Of a stretch of DNA of 64,000 bases, positions 42,645 through 57,600 are shown in pieces. The position numbers and the translations under genes were made by a program. Positions within the stretch are counted from its first letter, which is position 1. The number at the start of each line of letters is the position of its first letter. Source of the stretch: Eledone cirrhosa (taxonomy: Eukaryota); assembly GCA_964016885.1 (NCBI GenBank), contig OZ024742.1:169632001-169696000 (forward strand), in the 5' to 3' direction. The notes under the pieces are model-generated. The model did no database searches, was not told where the DNA came from, and saw only the letters and a program-made list of their open reading frames with translations.

Positions 42645-45600
42645 ACTACTGCTCCTGTTGTTGTTACTACTACTCCAGTTGTTGTTGTTGTTACTACTAC
42701 TCCTGTTGTTGTTACTACTGCTCCAGTTGTTGTTACTACTACTCCTGTTGTTGTTTCTACTACTCCTGTTGTTACTACTGCTCCAGTTGTTGTTACTACT
42801 ACTCCTGTTGTTGTTACTACTACTCCTGTTGTTTTTACTACTGCTCCTGTTGTTGTTGTTGTTTTTACTACTGCTCCAGTTGTTGTTACTACTGCTCCTG
42901 TTGTTGTTACTACTACTCCTGTTGTTGTTGTTACTACTACTCCTGTTGTTGTTACTACTGCTCCTGTTGTTGTTACTACTGCTCCAGTTGTTGTTACTAC
43001 TGCTCCTGTTGTTGTTACTACTACTCCTGTGGTTGTTGTTACTACTACTCCTGTTGTTGTTACTACTGCTCCTGTTGTTGTTGTTACTACTACTCCTGTT
43101 GTTGTTGTTCTTGTTACTACTATTCCTGTTGTTGTTACTACTACTCCTGTTGTTGTTACTACTACTCCTGTTGTTGTTACTACTACTCCTGTTGTTGTTA
43201 CTACTGCTCCTGTTGTTGTTACTACTGCTCGAGTTGTTGTTACTATTACTCCAGTTGTTGTTACTACTGCTCCAGTTGTTGTTACTACTACTCCTGTTGT
43301 TACTACTGCTCCTGTTGTTGTTGTTGTTGTTACAACTGCTCCAGTTGTTGTTACTACTGCTCCTGTTGTTGTTACTACTGCTCCAGTTGTTGTTACTACT
43401 GCTCCAGTTGTTGTTACTACTACTCCTGTTGTTGTTACTACTACTCCAGTTGTTGTTACTACTACTCCTGTTGTTGTTACTACTACTCCTGTTGTTGTTG
43501 TTGTTACTACTACTGCTGTTGTTGTTGTTGTTACTACTAATCCTGTTGTTGTTACTACTACTCCTGTTGTTGTTACTACTACTCCTGTTGTTGTTACTAC
43601 TACTCCAGTTGTTGTTGTTGTTGTTACTACTACTCCTGTTGTTGTTACTACTACTCCTGTTGTTGTTACTACTACACCTGTTGTTGTTTTGTTGTTACTA
43701 CTACTCCTGTTGTTGTTACTACTACTCCTGTTGTTGTTGTTACTACTACTCCTCTTGTTGTTACTACAACTCCTGTTGTTGTTACTACTACTCCTGTTGT
43801 TATTACTACTACTCCAGTTGTTGTTACTACTACTCATGTTGTTGTTACTACTGCTACTGTTGTTGTTACTACTACTCCAGTTGTTGTTACTACTACTCCT
43901 GTTGTTGTTGTTCTTGTTACTACTACTCCTGTTGTTGTTACTACTACTCCTGTTGTTGTTACTACTACTCCTGTTGTTGTTAGTACTACTCCAGTTGTTG
44001 TTACTACTGCTCCTGTTGTTGTTACTACTACTCCTGTTGTTGTTACTACTACTCCTGTTGTTGTTGTTGTTGTTACTACTACTCCTGTTTTTGTTACTAC
44101 TGCTCCTGTTGTTGTTACTACTGCTCCAGTTGTTGTTACTACTGCTCCAGTTGTTGTTACTACTACTCCTGTTGTTGTTACTACCGCTCCAGCTGTTGTT
44201 ACTACTGCTCCAGTTGTTGTTACTACTACTCCAGTTGTTGTTAATACTACTCCTGTTGTTGTTACTACTACTCTAGTTGTTGTTACTACTACTCCAGTTG
44301 TTACTACTACTCCTGTTGTTGTTACTACTACTCCTGTTGTTGTTACTACTACTCCTGTTGTTGTTACTACTACTCCTGTTGTTGTTACTACTACTCCAGT
44401 TGTTGTCACTACTACTCCAGTTGTTGTTACTACTACTCCTGTTGTTGTTACTACTACTCCTGTTATTACTACTGCTCCTGTTGTTGTTACTACTACTCCT
44501 GTTGTTGTTACTACTACTCCTGTTGTTGTTACTACTACTCCTGTTGTTGTTACTACTGCTCCAGTTGTCGTTACTACTACTCCTGTTGTTGTTACTACTA
44601 CTCCTTTTGTTGTTATTGTAGTTACTACTACTCCTGTTGTTGTTACTTCTACTCCTGTTGTTGTTACTACTACTCCTGTTGTTGTTACTACTACTCCAGT
44701 TGTTGTTGTTACTACACCTGTTGTTGTTACTACTACTCCTGTTGTTGTTACTACTACTCCTGTTGTTGTTACTACTACTCCTGTCGTTGTTGTTGTTGTT
44801 ACTAATGCTCCTGTTGTTGTTACGACTACTCCTGTTGTTGTTACTACTGCTCCTGTTGTTGTTACTACTCCTGTTGTTGTTACTACTACTCCAGTTGTTG
44901 TTGTCATTGTTAATAGTACTCCTGTTGTTGTTACTACTACACCTGTTGTTGTTGTTGTTGTTACTACTACTCCTGTTGTTGTTACTACTACTCCAGTTGT
45001 TGTTACTACTGCTCCTGTTGTTGTTACTACTACTCCAGTTGTTGTTACTACTACTCCTGTTGTTGTTACTACTACTCCAGTTGTTGTTACTACTACTCCT
45101 GTTGTTGTTACTACTACTCCAGTTGTTGTTACTACTACTCCTGTTGTTGTTACTACTACACCAGTTGTTGTTAATACTACTCCTGTTGTTGTTACTACTA
45201 CTCCAGTTGTTGTTACTACTGCTCCAGTTGTTGTTACTACTGCTCCTGTTGTTGTTACTACTACTCCAGTTGTTGTCACTACTGCTCCTGTTGTTGTTGT
45301 TGTTGTTACTACTCCTGTTGTTGTTGTTGTTACTACTACTCCTGCTCTTGTTACTACTACTCCTGTTGTTGTTACTACTACTCCTGTTGTTGTTACTACT
45401 GCTCCAGTTGTTGTTACTACTGCTCCAGTTGTTGTTACTACTGCTCGAGTTGTTGTTACTACTACTCCTGTTGTTGTTACTACTACTCCTGTTGCTGTTA
45501 CTACTACTCCTGTTGTTGTTACTACTACTCCTGTTGTTGTTACTACTGCTCCAGTTGTTGTTACTACTGCTCCAGTTGTTGTTACTACTGCTCGAGTTGT

Positions 45601-48600
45601 TGTTACTACTACTCCTGCTGTTGTTACTACTACTCCTGTTGTTGTTACTACTACTCCTGTTGTTGTTGTTGTTGTTGTTACTACTACTCCAGTTGTTGTT
45701 ACTACTACTCCTGTTGTTGTTACTACTACTCCTGTTGTTGTTACTACTGCTCCATTTGTTGTTACTACTGCTCCAGTTGTTGTTACTACTACTCCTGTTG
45801 TTGTTACTACTGCTCCTGTTGTTGTTGTTGTTGTTGTAGTTAATACTGCTCCTGTTGTTGTTACTACTATTCCTGTTGTTGTTACTACTACTCCTGTTGT
45901 TGTTACTGCTGCTCCTGTTGTTGTTGTTATTGTTACTACTACTCCTGTTGTCGTTACTACTACTCCTGTTGTTGTTACTACTACTCCAGTTGTTGTTACT
46001 ACTACTCCTGTTGTTGTTACTACTGCTCCAGTTGTTGTTACTACTACTCCAGTTGTTGTTACTACTACTCCTGTTGTTGTTACTACTACTCCAGTTGTTG
46101 TTACTACTCATCCTGTTGTTGTTACTACTGCTACATTTGTTGTTACTACTACTCCTGTCGTTGTTACTACTGCTCCTGTTGTTGTTGTTGTTGTTCTTGT
46201 TACTACTGCTCCTGTTGTTGTTACTACTACTCCAGTTGTTGTTACTACTCATCCTGTTGTTGTTACTACTGCTCAAGTTGTTGTTACTACTACTCCTGTT
46301 GTTGTTACTACTGCTCCTGTTGTTGTTGTTGTTGTTGTTGTTACTACTGCTCCTGTTGTTGTTACTACTACTCCAGTTGTTGTTGTTGTTACTACTACTC
46401 CTGTTGTTGTTACTACTGCTCCAGTTGTTGTTACTACTACTCCTGTTGTTGTTTCTACTACTCCTGTTGTTACTACTGCTCCAGTTGTTGTTACTACTAC
46501 TCCTGTTGTTGTTACTACTACTCCTGTTGTTTTTACTACTGCTCCTGTTGTTGTTGTTGTTTTTACTACTGCTCCAGTTGTTGTTACTACTGCTCCTGTT
46601 GTTGTTACTACTACTCCTTTTGTTGTTACTACTGCTCCTGTTGTTGTTACTACTACTCCTGTTGTTGATGTTACTACTACTCCTGTTGTTGTTACTACTG
46701 CTCCTGTTGTTGTTACTACTGCTCCAGTTGTTGTTACTACTGCTCCTGTTGTTGTTACTACTACTCCTGTGGTTGTTGTTACTACTACTCCTGTTGTTGT
46801 TACTACTGCTCCTGTTGTTGTTATTACTACTACTCCTGTTGTTGTTACTACTACTCCAGTTGTTGTTACTACTGCTCCTGTTGTTGTTACTACTACTCCA
46901 GTTGTTGTTACTACTACTCCTGTTGTTGTTACTACTGCTCCTGTTGTTGTTACTACTACTCCCGTTGTTGTTACTACTGCTCCTGTTGTTGTTACTACTG
47001 CTCCTGTTGTTGTTACTACTGCTCCTGTTGTTGTTACTACTACTCATGTTGTTACTACTACACCTGTTGTTGTTACTACTACTCCTGTTGTTGTTACTAC
47101 TACTCCAGTTGTTGTTACTACTACTCCTGTTGTTGTTACTACTACTCCAGTTGTTGTTACTACTACTCCTGTTGTTGTTACTACTACACCAGTTGTTGTT
47201 AATACTACTCCTGTTGTTGTTACTACTACTCCAGTTGTTGTTACTACTACTCCTGTTGTTGTTACTACTGCTCCAGTTGTTGTTACTACTGCTCCAGTTG
47301 TTGTTACTACTGCTCCAGTTGTTGTTACTACTACTCCTGCTGTTGTTACTACTACTCCTGTTGTTGTTACTACTACTCCTGTTGTTGTTGTTGTTGTTGT
47401 TACTACTACTCCAGTTGTTGTTACTACTACTCCTGTTGTTGTTACTACTACTCCTGTTGTTGTTACTACTGCTCCATTTGTTGTTACTACTGCTCCAGTT
47501 GTTGTTACTACTACTCCTGTTGTGTTACTACTGCTCCTGTTGTTGTTGTTGTTGTTGTAGTTAATACTGCTCCTGTTGTTGTTACTACTGCTCCTGTTGT
47601 TGTTACTACTACTCCTGTTGTTGTTACTACTGCTCCTGTTGTTGTTGTTATTGTTACTACTACTCCTGTTGTCGTTACTACTACTCCTGTTGTTGTTACT
47701 ACTACTCCAGTTGTTGTTACTACTACTCCTGTTGTTGTTACTACTGCTCCAGTTGTTGTTACTACTACTCCAGTTGTTGTTACTACTACTCCTGTTGTTG
47801 TTACTACTACTCCAGTTGTTGTTACTACTCATCCTGTTGTTGTTACTACTGCTACATTTGTTGTTACTACTACTCCTGTCGTTGTTACTACTGCTCCTGT
47901 TGTTGTTGTTGTTGTTGTTGTTACTACTGCTCCTGTTGTTGTTACTACTACTCCAGTTGTTGTTACTACTCATCCTGTTGTTGTTACTACTGCTCAAGTT
48001 GTTGTTACTACTACTCCTGTTGTTGTTACTACTGCTCCTGTTGTTGTTGTTGTTGTTGTTGTTACTACTGCTCCTGTTGTTGTTACTACTACTCCAGTTG
48101 TTGTTGTTGTTACTACTACTCCTGTTGTTGTTACTACTGCTCCAGTTGTTGTTACTACTACTCCTGTTGTTGTTTCTACTACTCCTGTTGTTACTACTGC
48201 TCCAGTTGTTGTTACTACTACTCCTGTTGTTGTTACTACTACTCCTGTTGTTTTTACTACTGCTCCTGTTGTTGTTGTTTTTACTACTGCTCCAGTTGTT
48301 GTTACTACTGCTCCTGTTGTTGTTACTACTACTCCTTTTGTTGTTACTACTGCTCCTGTTGTTGTTACTACTACTCCTGTTGTTGTTGTTACTACTACTC
48401 CTGTTGTTGTTACTACTGCTCCTGTTGTTGTTACTACTGCTCCAGTTGTTGTTACTACTGCTCCTGTTGTTGTTACTACTACTCCTGTGGTTGTTGTTAC
48501 TACTACTCCTGTTGTTGTTACTACTGCTCCTGTTGTTGTTGTTACTACTACTCCTGTTGTTGTTACTACTACTCCAGTTGTTGTTACTACTGCTCCTGTT

Positions 48601-51600
48601 GTTGTTACTACTACTCCAGTTGTTGTTACTACTACTCCTGTTGTTGTTACTACTGCTCCTGTTGTTGTTACTACTACTCCCGTTGTTGTTACTACTTCTC
48701 CTGTTGTTGTTACTACTGCTCCTGTTGTTGTTACTACTGCTCCTGTTGTTGTTACTACTACTCATGTTGTTACTACTACACCTGTTGTTGTTACTACTGC
48801 TCCTGTTGTTGTTGTTCTTACTACTGCTCCAGTTGTTGTTACTATTGCTCCTGTTGTTGTTACTACTACTCCTGTTGTTGTTACTACTACTCCTGTTGTT
48901 GTTACTACTACTCCAGTTGTTGTTACTACTGCTCCTGTTGTTGTTACTACTACTCCTGTTGTTGTTACTACTACTCCTGTTGTTGTTACTACTACTCCTG
49001 CTGTTGTTACTACTGCTCCTGTTGTTGTTACTACTACTCCTGTTGTTGTTACTACTACTCCTGTTGTTGTTACTACTACTCCTGTTGTTACTACTACTCC
49101 TGTTGCTGTTACTACTACTCCTGTTGTAGTTGTTGTTTTTACTACTACTCCAGTTGTTGTTACTACTACTCCTGTTGTTGTTACTACTACTCCTGTTGTT
49201 GTTACTACTACTCATGTTGTTGTTACTACTGCTCCAGTTGTTGTTACTACTGCTCCAGTTGTTGTTACTACTCCTCCAGTTGTTGTTACTACTACTCCAG
49301 TTGTTGTTACTTCTACTCCTGTTGTTGTTACTACTGCTCCTGTTGTTGTTGTTGTTGTTACTACTCCTGTTGTTGTTGTTGTTACTACTACTCCTGTTGT
49401 TGTTACTACTACTCCAGTTGTTGTTGTTACTACTCCTGTTGTTGTTACTACTACTCCAGTTGTTGTTACTACTACTCCTGTTGTTGTTACTACTACTCCT
49501 GTCGTTGTTGTTGTTGTTACTAATGCTCCTGTTGTTGTCACGACTACTCCTGTTGTTGTTACTACTGCTCCTGTTGTTGTTACTACTCCTGTTGTTGTTA
49601 CTACTACTCCAGTTGTTGTTGTCATTGTTAATAGTACTCCTGTTGTTGTTACTACTACACCTGTTGTTGTTGTTGTTGTTACTACTACTCCTGTTGTTGT
49701 TACTACTACTCCAGTTGTTGTTACTACTGCTCCTGTTGTTGTTACTACTACTCCAGTTGTTGTTACTACTACTCCAGTTGTTGTTACTACTACTCCTGTT
49801 GTTGTTACTACTACTCCTGTTGTTGTTACTACTACTCCAGTTGTTGTTACTACTACTCCTGTTGTTGTTACTACTACTCCAGTTGTTGTTACTACTACTC
49901 CTGTTGTTGTTACTACTACACCAGTTGTTGTTAATACTACTCCTGTTGTTGTTACTACTACTCCAGTTGTTGTTACTACTGCTCCAGTTGTTGTTACTAC
50001 TGCTCCTGTTGTTGTTACTACTACTCCAGTTGTTGTCACTACTGCTCCTGTTGTTGTTGTTGTTGTTACTACTCCTGTTGTTGTTGTTGTTACTACTACT
50101 CCTGCTCTTGTTACTACTACTCCTGTTGTTGTTACTACTACTCCTGTTGTTGTTACTACTACTCCAGTTGTTGTTACTACTGCTCCAGTTGTTGTTACTA
50201 CTGCTCGAGTTGTTGTTACTACTACTCTTGTTGTTGTTACTACTACTCCTGTTGCTGTTACTACTACTCCTGTTGTTGTTACTACTACTCCTGTTGTTGT
50301 TACTACTGCTCCAGTTGTTGTTACTACTGCTCCAGTTGTTGTTACTACTGCTCGAGTTGTTGTTACTACTACTCCTGCTGTTGTTACTACTACTCCTGTT
50401 GTTGTTACTACTACTCCTGTTGTTGTTGTTGTTGTTGTTACTACTACTCCAGTTGTTGTTACTACTACTCCTGTTGTTGTTACTACTACTCCTGTTGTTG
50501 TTACTACTGCTCCATTTGTTGTTACTACTGCTCCAGTTGTTCTTACTACTACTCCTGTTGTTGTTACTACTGCTCCTGTTGTTGTTGTTGTTGTTGTAGT
50601 TAATACTGCTCCTGTTGTTGTTACTACTGCTCCTGTTGTTGTTACTACTACTCCTGTTGTTGTTACTACTGCTCCTGTTGTTGTTGTTATTGTTACTACT
50701 ACTCCTGTTGTCGTTACTACTACTCCTGTTGTTGTTACTACTACTCCAGTTGTTGTTACTACTACTCCTGTTGTTGTTACTACTGCTCCAGTTGTTGTTA
50801 CTACTACTCCAGTTGTTGTTACTACTACTCCTGTTGTTGTTACTACTACTCCAGTTGTTGTTACTACTCATCCTGTTGTTGTTACTACTGCTACATTTGT
50901 TGTTACTACTACTCCTGTCGTTGTTACTACTGCTCCTGTTGTTGTTGTTGTTGTTGTTGTTACTACTGCTCCTGTTGTTGTTACTACTACTCCAGTTGTT
51001 GTTACTACTCATCCTGTTGTTGTTACTACTGCTCCAGTTGTTGTTACTACTACTCCTGTTGTTGTTACTACTGCTCCTGTTGTTGTTGTTGTTGTTGTTG
51101 TTACTACTGCTCCTGTTGTTGTTACTACTACTCCAGTTGTTGTTGTTGTTACTACTACTCCTGTTGTTGTTACTACTGCTCCAGTTGTTGTTACTACTAC
51201 TCCTGTTGTTGTTTCTACTACTCCTGTTGTTACTACTGCTCCAGTTGTTGTTACTACTACTCCTGTTGTTGTTACTACTACTCCTGTTGTTTTTACTACT
51301 GCTCCTGTTGTTGTTGTTGCTTTTACTACTGCTCCAGTTGTTGTTACTACTGCTCCTGTTGTTGTTACTACTACTCCTTTTGTTGTTACTACTGCTCCTG
51401 TTGTTGTTACTACTACTCCTGTTGTTGTTGTTACTACTACTCCTGTTGTTGTTACTACTGCTCCTGTTGTTGTTACTACTGCTCCAGTTGTTGTTACTAC
51501 TGCTCCTGTTGTTGTTACTACTACTCCTGTGGTTGTTGTTACTACTACTCCTGTTGTTGTTACTACTGCTCCTGTTGTTGTTGTTACTACTACTCCTGTT

Positions 51601-54600
51601 GTTGTTACTACTACTCCAGTTGTTGTTACTACTGCTCCTGTTGTTGTTACTACTACTCCAGTTGTTGTTACTACTACTCCTGTTGTTGTTACTACTGCTC
51701 CTGTTGTTGTTACTACTACTCCCGTTGTTGTTAATACTGCTCCTGTTGTTGTTACTACTGCTCCTGTTGTTGTTACTACTGCTCCTGTTGTTGTTACTAC
51801 TACTCATGTTGTTACTACTACTCCTGTTGTTGTTACTACTGCTCCTGTTGTTGTTACTACTGCTCCAGTTGTTGTTACTACTGCTCCTGTTGTTGTTACT
51901 ACTACTCCTGTGGTTGTTGTTACTACTACTCCTGTTGTTGTTACTACTGCTCCTGTTGTTGTTGTTACTACTTCTCCTGTTGTTGTTACTACTACTCCAG
52001 TTGTTGTTACTACTGCTCCTGTTGTTGTTACTACTACTCATGTTGTTACTACTACACCTGTTGTTGTTACTACTGCTCCTGTTGTTGTTGTTGTTGTTAC
52101 TACTACTCCTGTTGTTGTTACTACTACTCCAGTTGTTGTTACTACTACTCCTGTTGTTGTTACTACTGCTCCTGTTGTTGTTACTACTGCTCCAGTTGTT
52201 GTTACTACTGCTCCTGTTGTTGTTACTACTACTCCTGTGGTTGTTGTTACTACTACTCCTGTTGTTGTTACTACTGCTCCTGTTGTTGTTGTTACTACTA
52301 CTCCTGTTGTTGTTACTACTACTCCAGTTGTTGTTACTACTGCTCCTGTTGTTGTTACTACTACTCCAGTTGTTGTTACTACTACTCCTGTTGTTGTTAC
52401 TACTGCTCCTGTTGTTGTTACTACTACTCCCGTTGTTGTTACTACTGCTCCTGTTGTTGTTACTACTGCTCCTGTTGTTGTTACTACTGCTCCTGTTGTT
52501 GTTACTACTACTCATGTTGTTACTACTACACCTGTTGTTGTTACTACTACTCCTGTTGTTGTTACTACTACTCCAGTTGTTGTTACTACTACTCCTGTTG
52601 TTGTTACTACTACTCCAGTTGTTGTTACTACTACTCCTGTTGTTGTTACTACTACACCAGTTGTTGTTAATACTACTCCTGTTGTTGTTACTACTACTCC
52701 AGTTGTTGTTACTACTACTCCTGTTGTTGTTACTACTGCTCCAGTTGTTGTTACTACTGCTCCAGTTGTTGTTACTACTGCTCGAGTTGTTGTTACTACT
52801 ACTCCTGCTGTTGTTACTACTACTCCTGTTGTTGTTACTACTACTCCTGTTGTTGTTGTTGTTGTTGTTACTACTACTCCAGTTGTTGTTACTACTACTC
52901 CTGTTGTTGTTACTACTACTCCTGTTGTTGTTACTACTGCTCCATTTGTTGTTACTACTGCTCCAGTTGTTGTTACTACTACTCCTGTTGTTGTTACTAC
53001 TGCTCCTGTTGTTGTTGTTGTTGTTGTAGTTAATACTGCTCCTGTTGTTGTTACTACTGCTCCTGTTGTTGTTACTACTACTCCTGTTGTTGTTACTACT
53101 GCTCCTGTTGTTGTTGTTATTGTTACTACTACTCCTGTTGTCGTTACTACTACTCCTGTTGTTGTTACTACTACTCCAGTTGTTGTTACTACTACTCCTG
53201 TTGTTGTTACTACTGCTCCAGTTGTTGTTACTACTACTCCAGTTGTTGTTACTACTACTCCTGTTGTTGTTACTACTACTCCAGTTGTTGTTACTACTCA
53301 TCCTGTTGTTGTTACTACTGCTACATTTGTTGTTACTACTACTCCTGTCGTTGTTACTACTGCTCCTGTTGTTGTTGTTGTTGTTGTTGTTACTACTGCT
53401 CCTGTTGTTGTTACTACTACTCCAGTTGTTGTTACTACTCATCCTGTTGTTGTTACTACTGCTCAAGTTGTTGTTACTACTACTCCTGTTGTTGTTACTA
53501 CTGCTCCTGTTGTTGTTGTTGTTGTTGTTGTTACTACTGCTCCTGTTGTTGTTACTACTACTCCAGTTGTTGTTGTTGTTACTACTACTCCTGTTGTTGT
53601 TACTACTGCTCCAGTTGTTGTTACTACTACTCCTGTTGTTGTTTCTACTACTCCTGTTGTTACTACTGCTCCAGTTGTTGTTACTACTACTCCTGTTGTT
53701 GTTACTACTACTCCTGTTGTTTTTACTACTGCTCCTGTTGTTGTTGTTTTTACTACTGCTCCAGTTGTTGTTACTACTGCTCCTGTTGTTGTTACTACTA
53801 CTCCTTTTGTTGTTACTACTGCTCCTGTTGTTGTTACTACTACTCCTGTTGTTGTTGTTACTACTACTCCTGTTGTTGTTACTACTGCTCCTGTTGTTGT
53901 TACTACTGCTCCAGTTGTTGTTACTACTGCTCCTGTTGTTGTTACTACTACTCCTGTGGTTGTTGTTACTACTACTCCTGTTGTTGTTACTACTGCTCCT
54001 GTTGTTGTTGTTACTACTACTCCTGTTGTTGTTACTACTACTCCAGTTGTTGTTACTACTGCTCCTGTTGTTGTTACTACTACTCCAGTTGTTGTTACTA
54101 CTACTCCTGTTGTTGTTACTACTGCTCCTGTTGTTGTTACTACTACTCCCGTTGTTGTTACTACTTCTCCTGTTGTTGTTACTACTGCTCCTGTTGTTGT
54201 TACTACTGCTCCTGTTGTTGTTACTACTACTCATGTTGTTACTACTACACCTGTTGTTGTTACTACTGCTCCTGTTGTTGTTGTTCTTACTACTGCTCCA
54301 GTTGTTGTTACTATTGCTCCTGTTGTTGTTACTACTACTCCTGTTGTTGTTACTACTACTCCTGTTGTTGTTACTACTACTCCAGTTGTTGTTACTACTG
54401 CTCCTGTTGTTGTTACTACTACTCCTGTTGTTGTTACTACTACTCCTGTTGTTGTTACTACTACTCCTGCTGTTGTTACTACTGCTCCTGTTGTTGTTAC
54501 TACTACTCCTGTTGTTGTTACTACTACTCCTGTTGTTGTTACTACTACTCCTGTTGTTACTACTACTCCTGTTGCTGTTACTACTACTCCTGTTGTAGTT

Positions 54601-57600
54601 GTTGTTTTTACTACTACTCCAGTTGTTGTTACTACTACTCCTGTTGTTGTTACTACTACTCCTGTTGTTGTTACTACTACTCATGTTGTTGTTACTACTG
54701 CTCCAGTTGTTGTTACTACTGCTCGAGTTGTTGTTACTACTCCTCCAGTTGTTGTTACTACTACTCCAGTTGTTGTTACTTCTACTCCTGTTGTTGTTAC
54801 TACTGCTCCTGTTGTTGTTGTTGTTGTTACTACTCCTGTTGTTGTTGTTGTTACTACTACTCCTGTTGTTGTTACTACTACTCCAGTTGTTGTTGTTACT
54901 ACTCCTGTTGTTGTTACTACTACTCCAGTTGTTGTTACTACTACTCCTGTTGTTGTTACTACTACTCCTGTCGTTGTTGTTGTTGTTACTAATGCTCCTG
55001 TTGTTGTCACGACTACTCCTGTTGTTGTTACTACTGCTCCTGTTGTTGTTACTACTCCTGTTGTTGTTACTACTACTCCAGTTGTTGTTGTCATTGTTAA
55101 TAGTACTCCTGTTGTTGTTACTACTACACCTGTTGTTGTTGTTGTTGTTACTACTACTCCTGTTGTTGTTACTACTACTCCAGTTGTTGTTACTACTGCT
55201 CCTGTTGTTGTTACTACTACTCCAGTTGTTGTTACTACTACTCCAGTTGTTGTTACTACTACTCCTGTTGTTGTTACTACTACTCCTGTTGTTGTTACTA
55301 CTACTCCAGTTGTTGTTACTACTACTCCTGTTGTTGTTACTACTACTCCAGTTGTTGTTACTACTACTCCTGTTGTTGTTACTACTACACCAGTTGTTGT
55401 TAATACTACTCCTGTTGTTGTTACTACTACTCCAGTTGTTGTTACTACTGCTCCAGTTGTTGTTACTACTGCTCCTGTTGTTGTTACTACTACTCCAGTT
55501 GTTGTCACTACTGCTCCTGTTGTTGTTGTTGTTGTTACTACTCCTGTTGTTGTTGTTGTTACTACTACTCCTGCTCTTGTTACTACTACTCCTGTTGTTG
55601 TTACTACTACTCCTGTTGTTGTTACTACTACTCCAGTTGTTGTTACTACTGCTCCAGTTGTTGTTACTACTGCTCGAGTTGTTGTTACTACTACTCTTGT
55701 TGTTGTTACTACTACTCCTGTTGCTGTTACTACTACTCCTGTTGTTGTTACTACTACTCCTGTTGTTGTTACTACTGCTCCAGTTGTTGTTACTACTGCT
55801 CCAGTTGTTGTTACTACTGCTCGAGTTGTTGTTACTACTACTCCTGCTGTTGTTACTACTACTCCTGTTGTTGTTACTACTACTCCTGTTGTTGTTGTTG
55901 TTGTTGTTACTACTACTCCAGTTGTTGTTACTACTACTCCTGTTGTTGTTACTACTACTCCTGTTGTTGTTACTACTGCTCCATTTGTTGTTACTACTGC
56001 TCCAGTTGTTCTTACTACTACTCCTGTTGTTGTTACTACTGCTCCTGTTGTTGTTGTTGTTGTTGTAGTTAATACTGCTCCTGTTGTTGTTACTACTGCT
56101 CCTGTTGTTGTTACTACTACTCCTGTTGTTGTTACTACTGCTCCTGTTGTTGTTGTTATTGTTACTACTACTCCTGTTGTCGTTACTACTACTCCTGTTG
56201 TTGTTACTACTACTCCAGTTGTTGTTACTACTACTCCTGTTGTTGTTACTACTGCTCCAGTTGTTGTTACTACTACTCCAGTTGTTGTTACTACTACTCC
56301 TGTTGTTGTTACTACTACTCCAGTTGTTGTTACTACTCATCCTGTTGTTGTTACTACTGCTACATTTGTTGTTACTACTACTCCTGTCGTTGTTACTACT
56401 GCTCCTGTTGTTGTTGTTGTTGTTGTTGTTACTACTGCTCCTGTTGTTGTTACTACTACTCCAGTTGTTGTTACTACTCATCCTGTTGTTGTTACTACTG
56501 CTCCAGTTGTTGTTACTACTACTCCTGTTGTTGTTACTACTGCTCCTGTTGTTGTTGTTGTTGTTGTTGTTACTACTGCTCCTGTTGTTGTTACTACTAC
56601 TCCAGTTGTTGTTGTTGTTACTACTACTCCTGTTGTTGTTACTACTGCTCCAGTTGTTGTTACTACTACTCCTGTTGTTGTTTCTACTACTCCTGTTGTT
56701 ACTACTGCTCCAGTTGTTGTTACTACTACTCCTGTTGTTGTTACTACTACTCCTGTTGTTTTTACTACTGCTCCTGTTGTTGTTGTTGCTTTTACTACTG
56801 CTCCAGTTGTTGTTACTACTGCTCCTGTTGTTGTTACTACTACTCCTTTTGTTGTTACTACTGCTCCTGTTGTTGTTACTACTACTCCTGTTGTTGTTGT
56901 TACTACTACTCCTGTTGTTGTTACTACTGCTCCTGTTGTTGTTACTACTGCTCCAGTTGTTGTTACTACTGCTCCTGTTGTTGTTACTACTACTCCTGTG
57001 GTTGTTGTTACTACTACTCCTGTTGTTGTTACTACTGCTCCTGTTGTTGTTGTTACTACTACTCCTGTTGTTGTTACTACTACTCCAGTTGTTGTTACTA
57101 CTGCTCCTGTTGTTGTTACTACTACTCCAGTTGTTGTTACTACTACTCCTGTTGTTGTTACTACTGCTCCTGTTGTTGTTACTACTACTCCCGTTGTTGT
57201 TAATACTGCTCCTGTTGTTGTTACTACTGCTCCTGTTGTTGTTACTACTGCTCCTGTTGTTGTTACTACTACTCATGTTGTTACTACTACTCCTGTTGTT
57301 GTTACTACTGCTCCTGTTGTTGTTACTACTGCTCCAGTTGTTGTTACTACTGCTCCTGTTGTTGTTACTACTACTCCTGTGGTTGTTGTTACTACTACTC
57401 CTGTTGTTGTTACTACTGCTCCTGTTGTTGTTGTTACTACTTCTCCTGTTGTTGTTACTACTACTCCAGTTGTTGTTACTACTGCTCCTGTTGTTGTTAC
57501 TACTACTCATGTTGTTACTACTACACCTGTTGTTGTTACTACTGCTCCTGTTGTTGTTGTTGTTGTTACTACTACTCCTGTTGTTGTTACTACTACTCCA

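Noticed and set aside
4780-47530. Programmed ribosomal frameshifting at the eight lesions
   Set aside because: No X XXY YYZ slippery heptamer or distinctive stimulatory element; the lesions look like ordinary small deletions.
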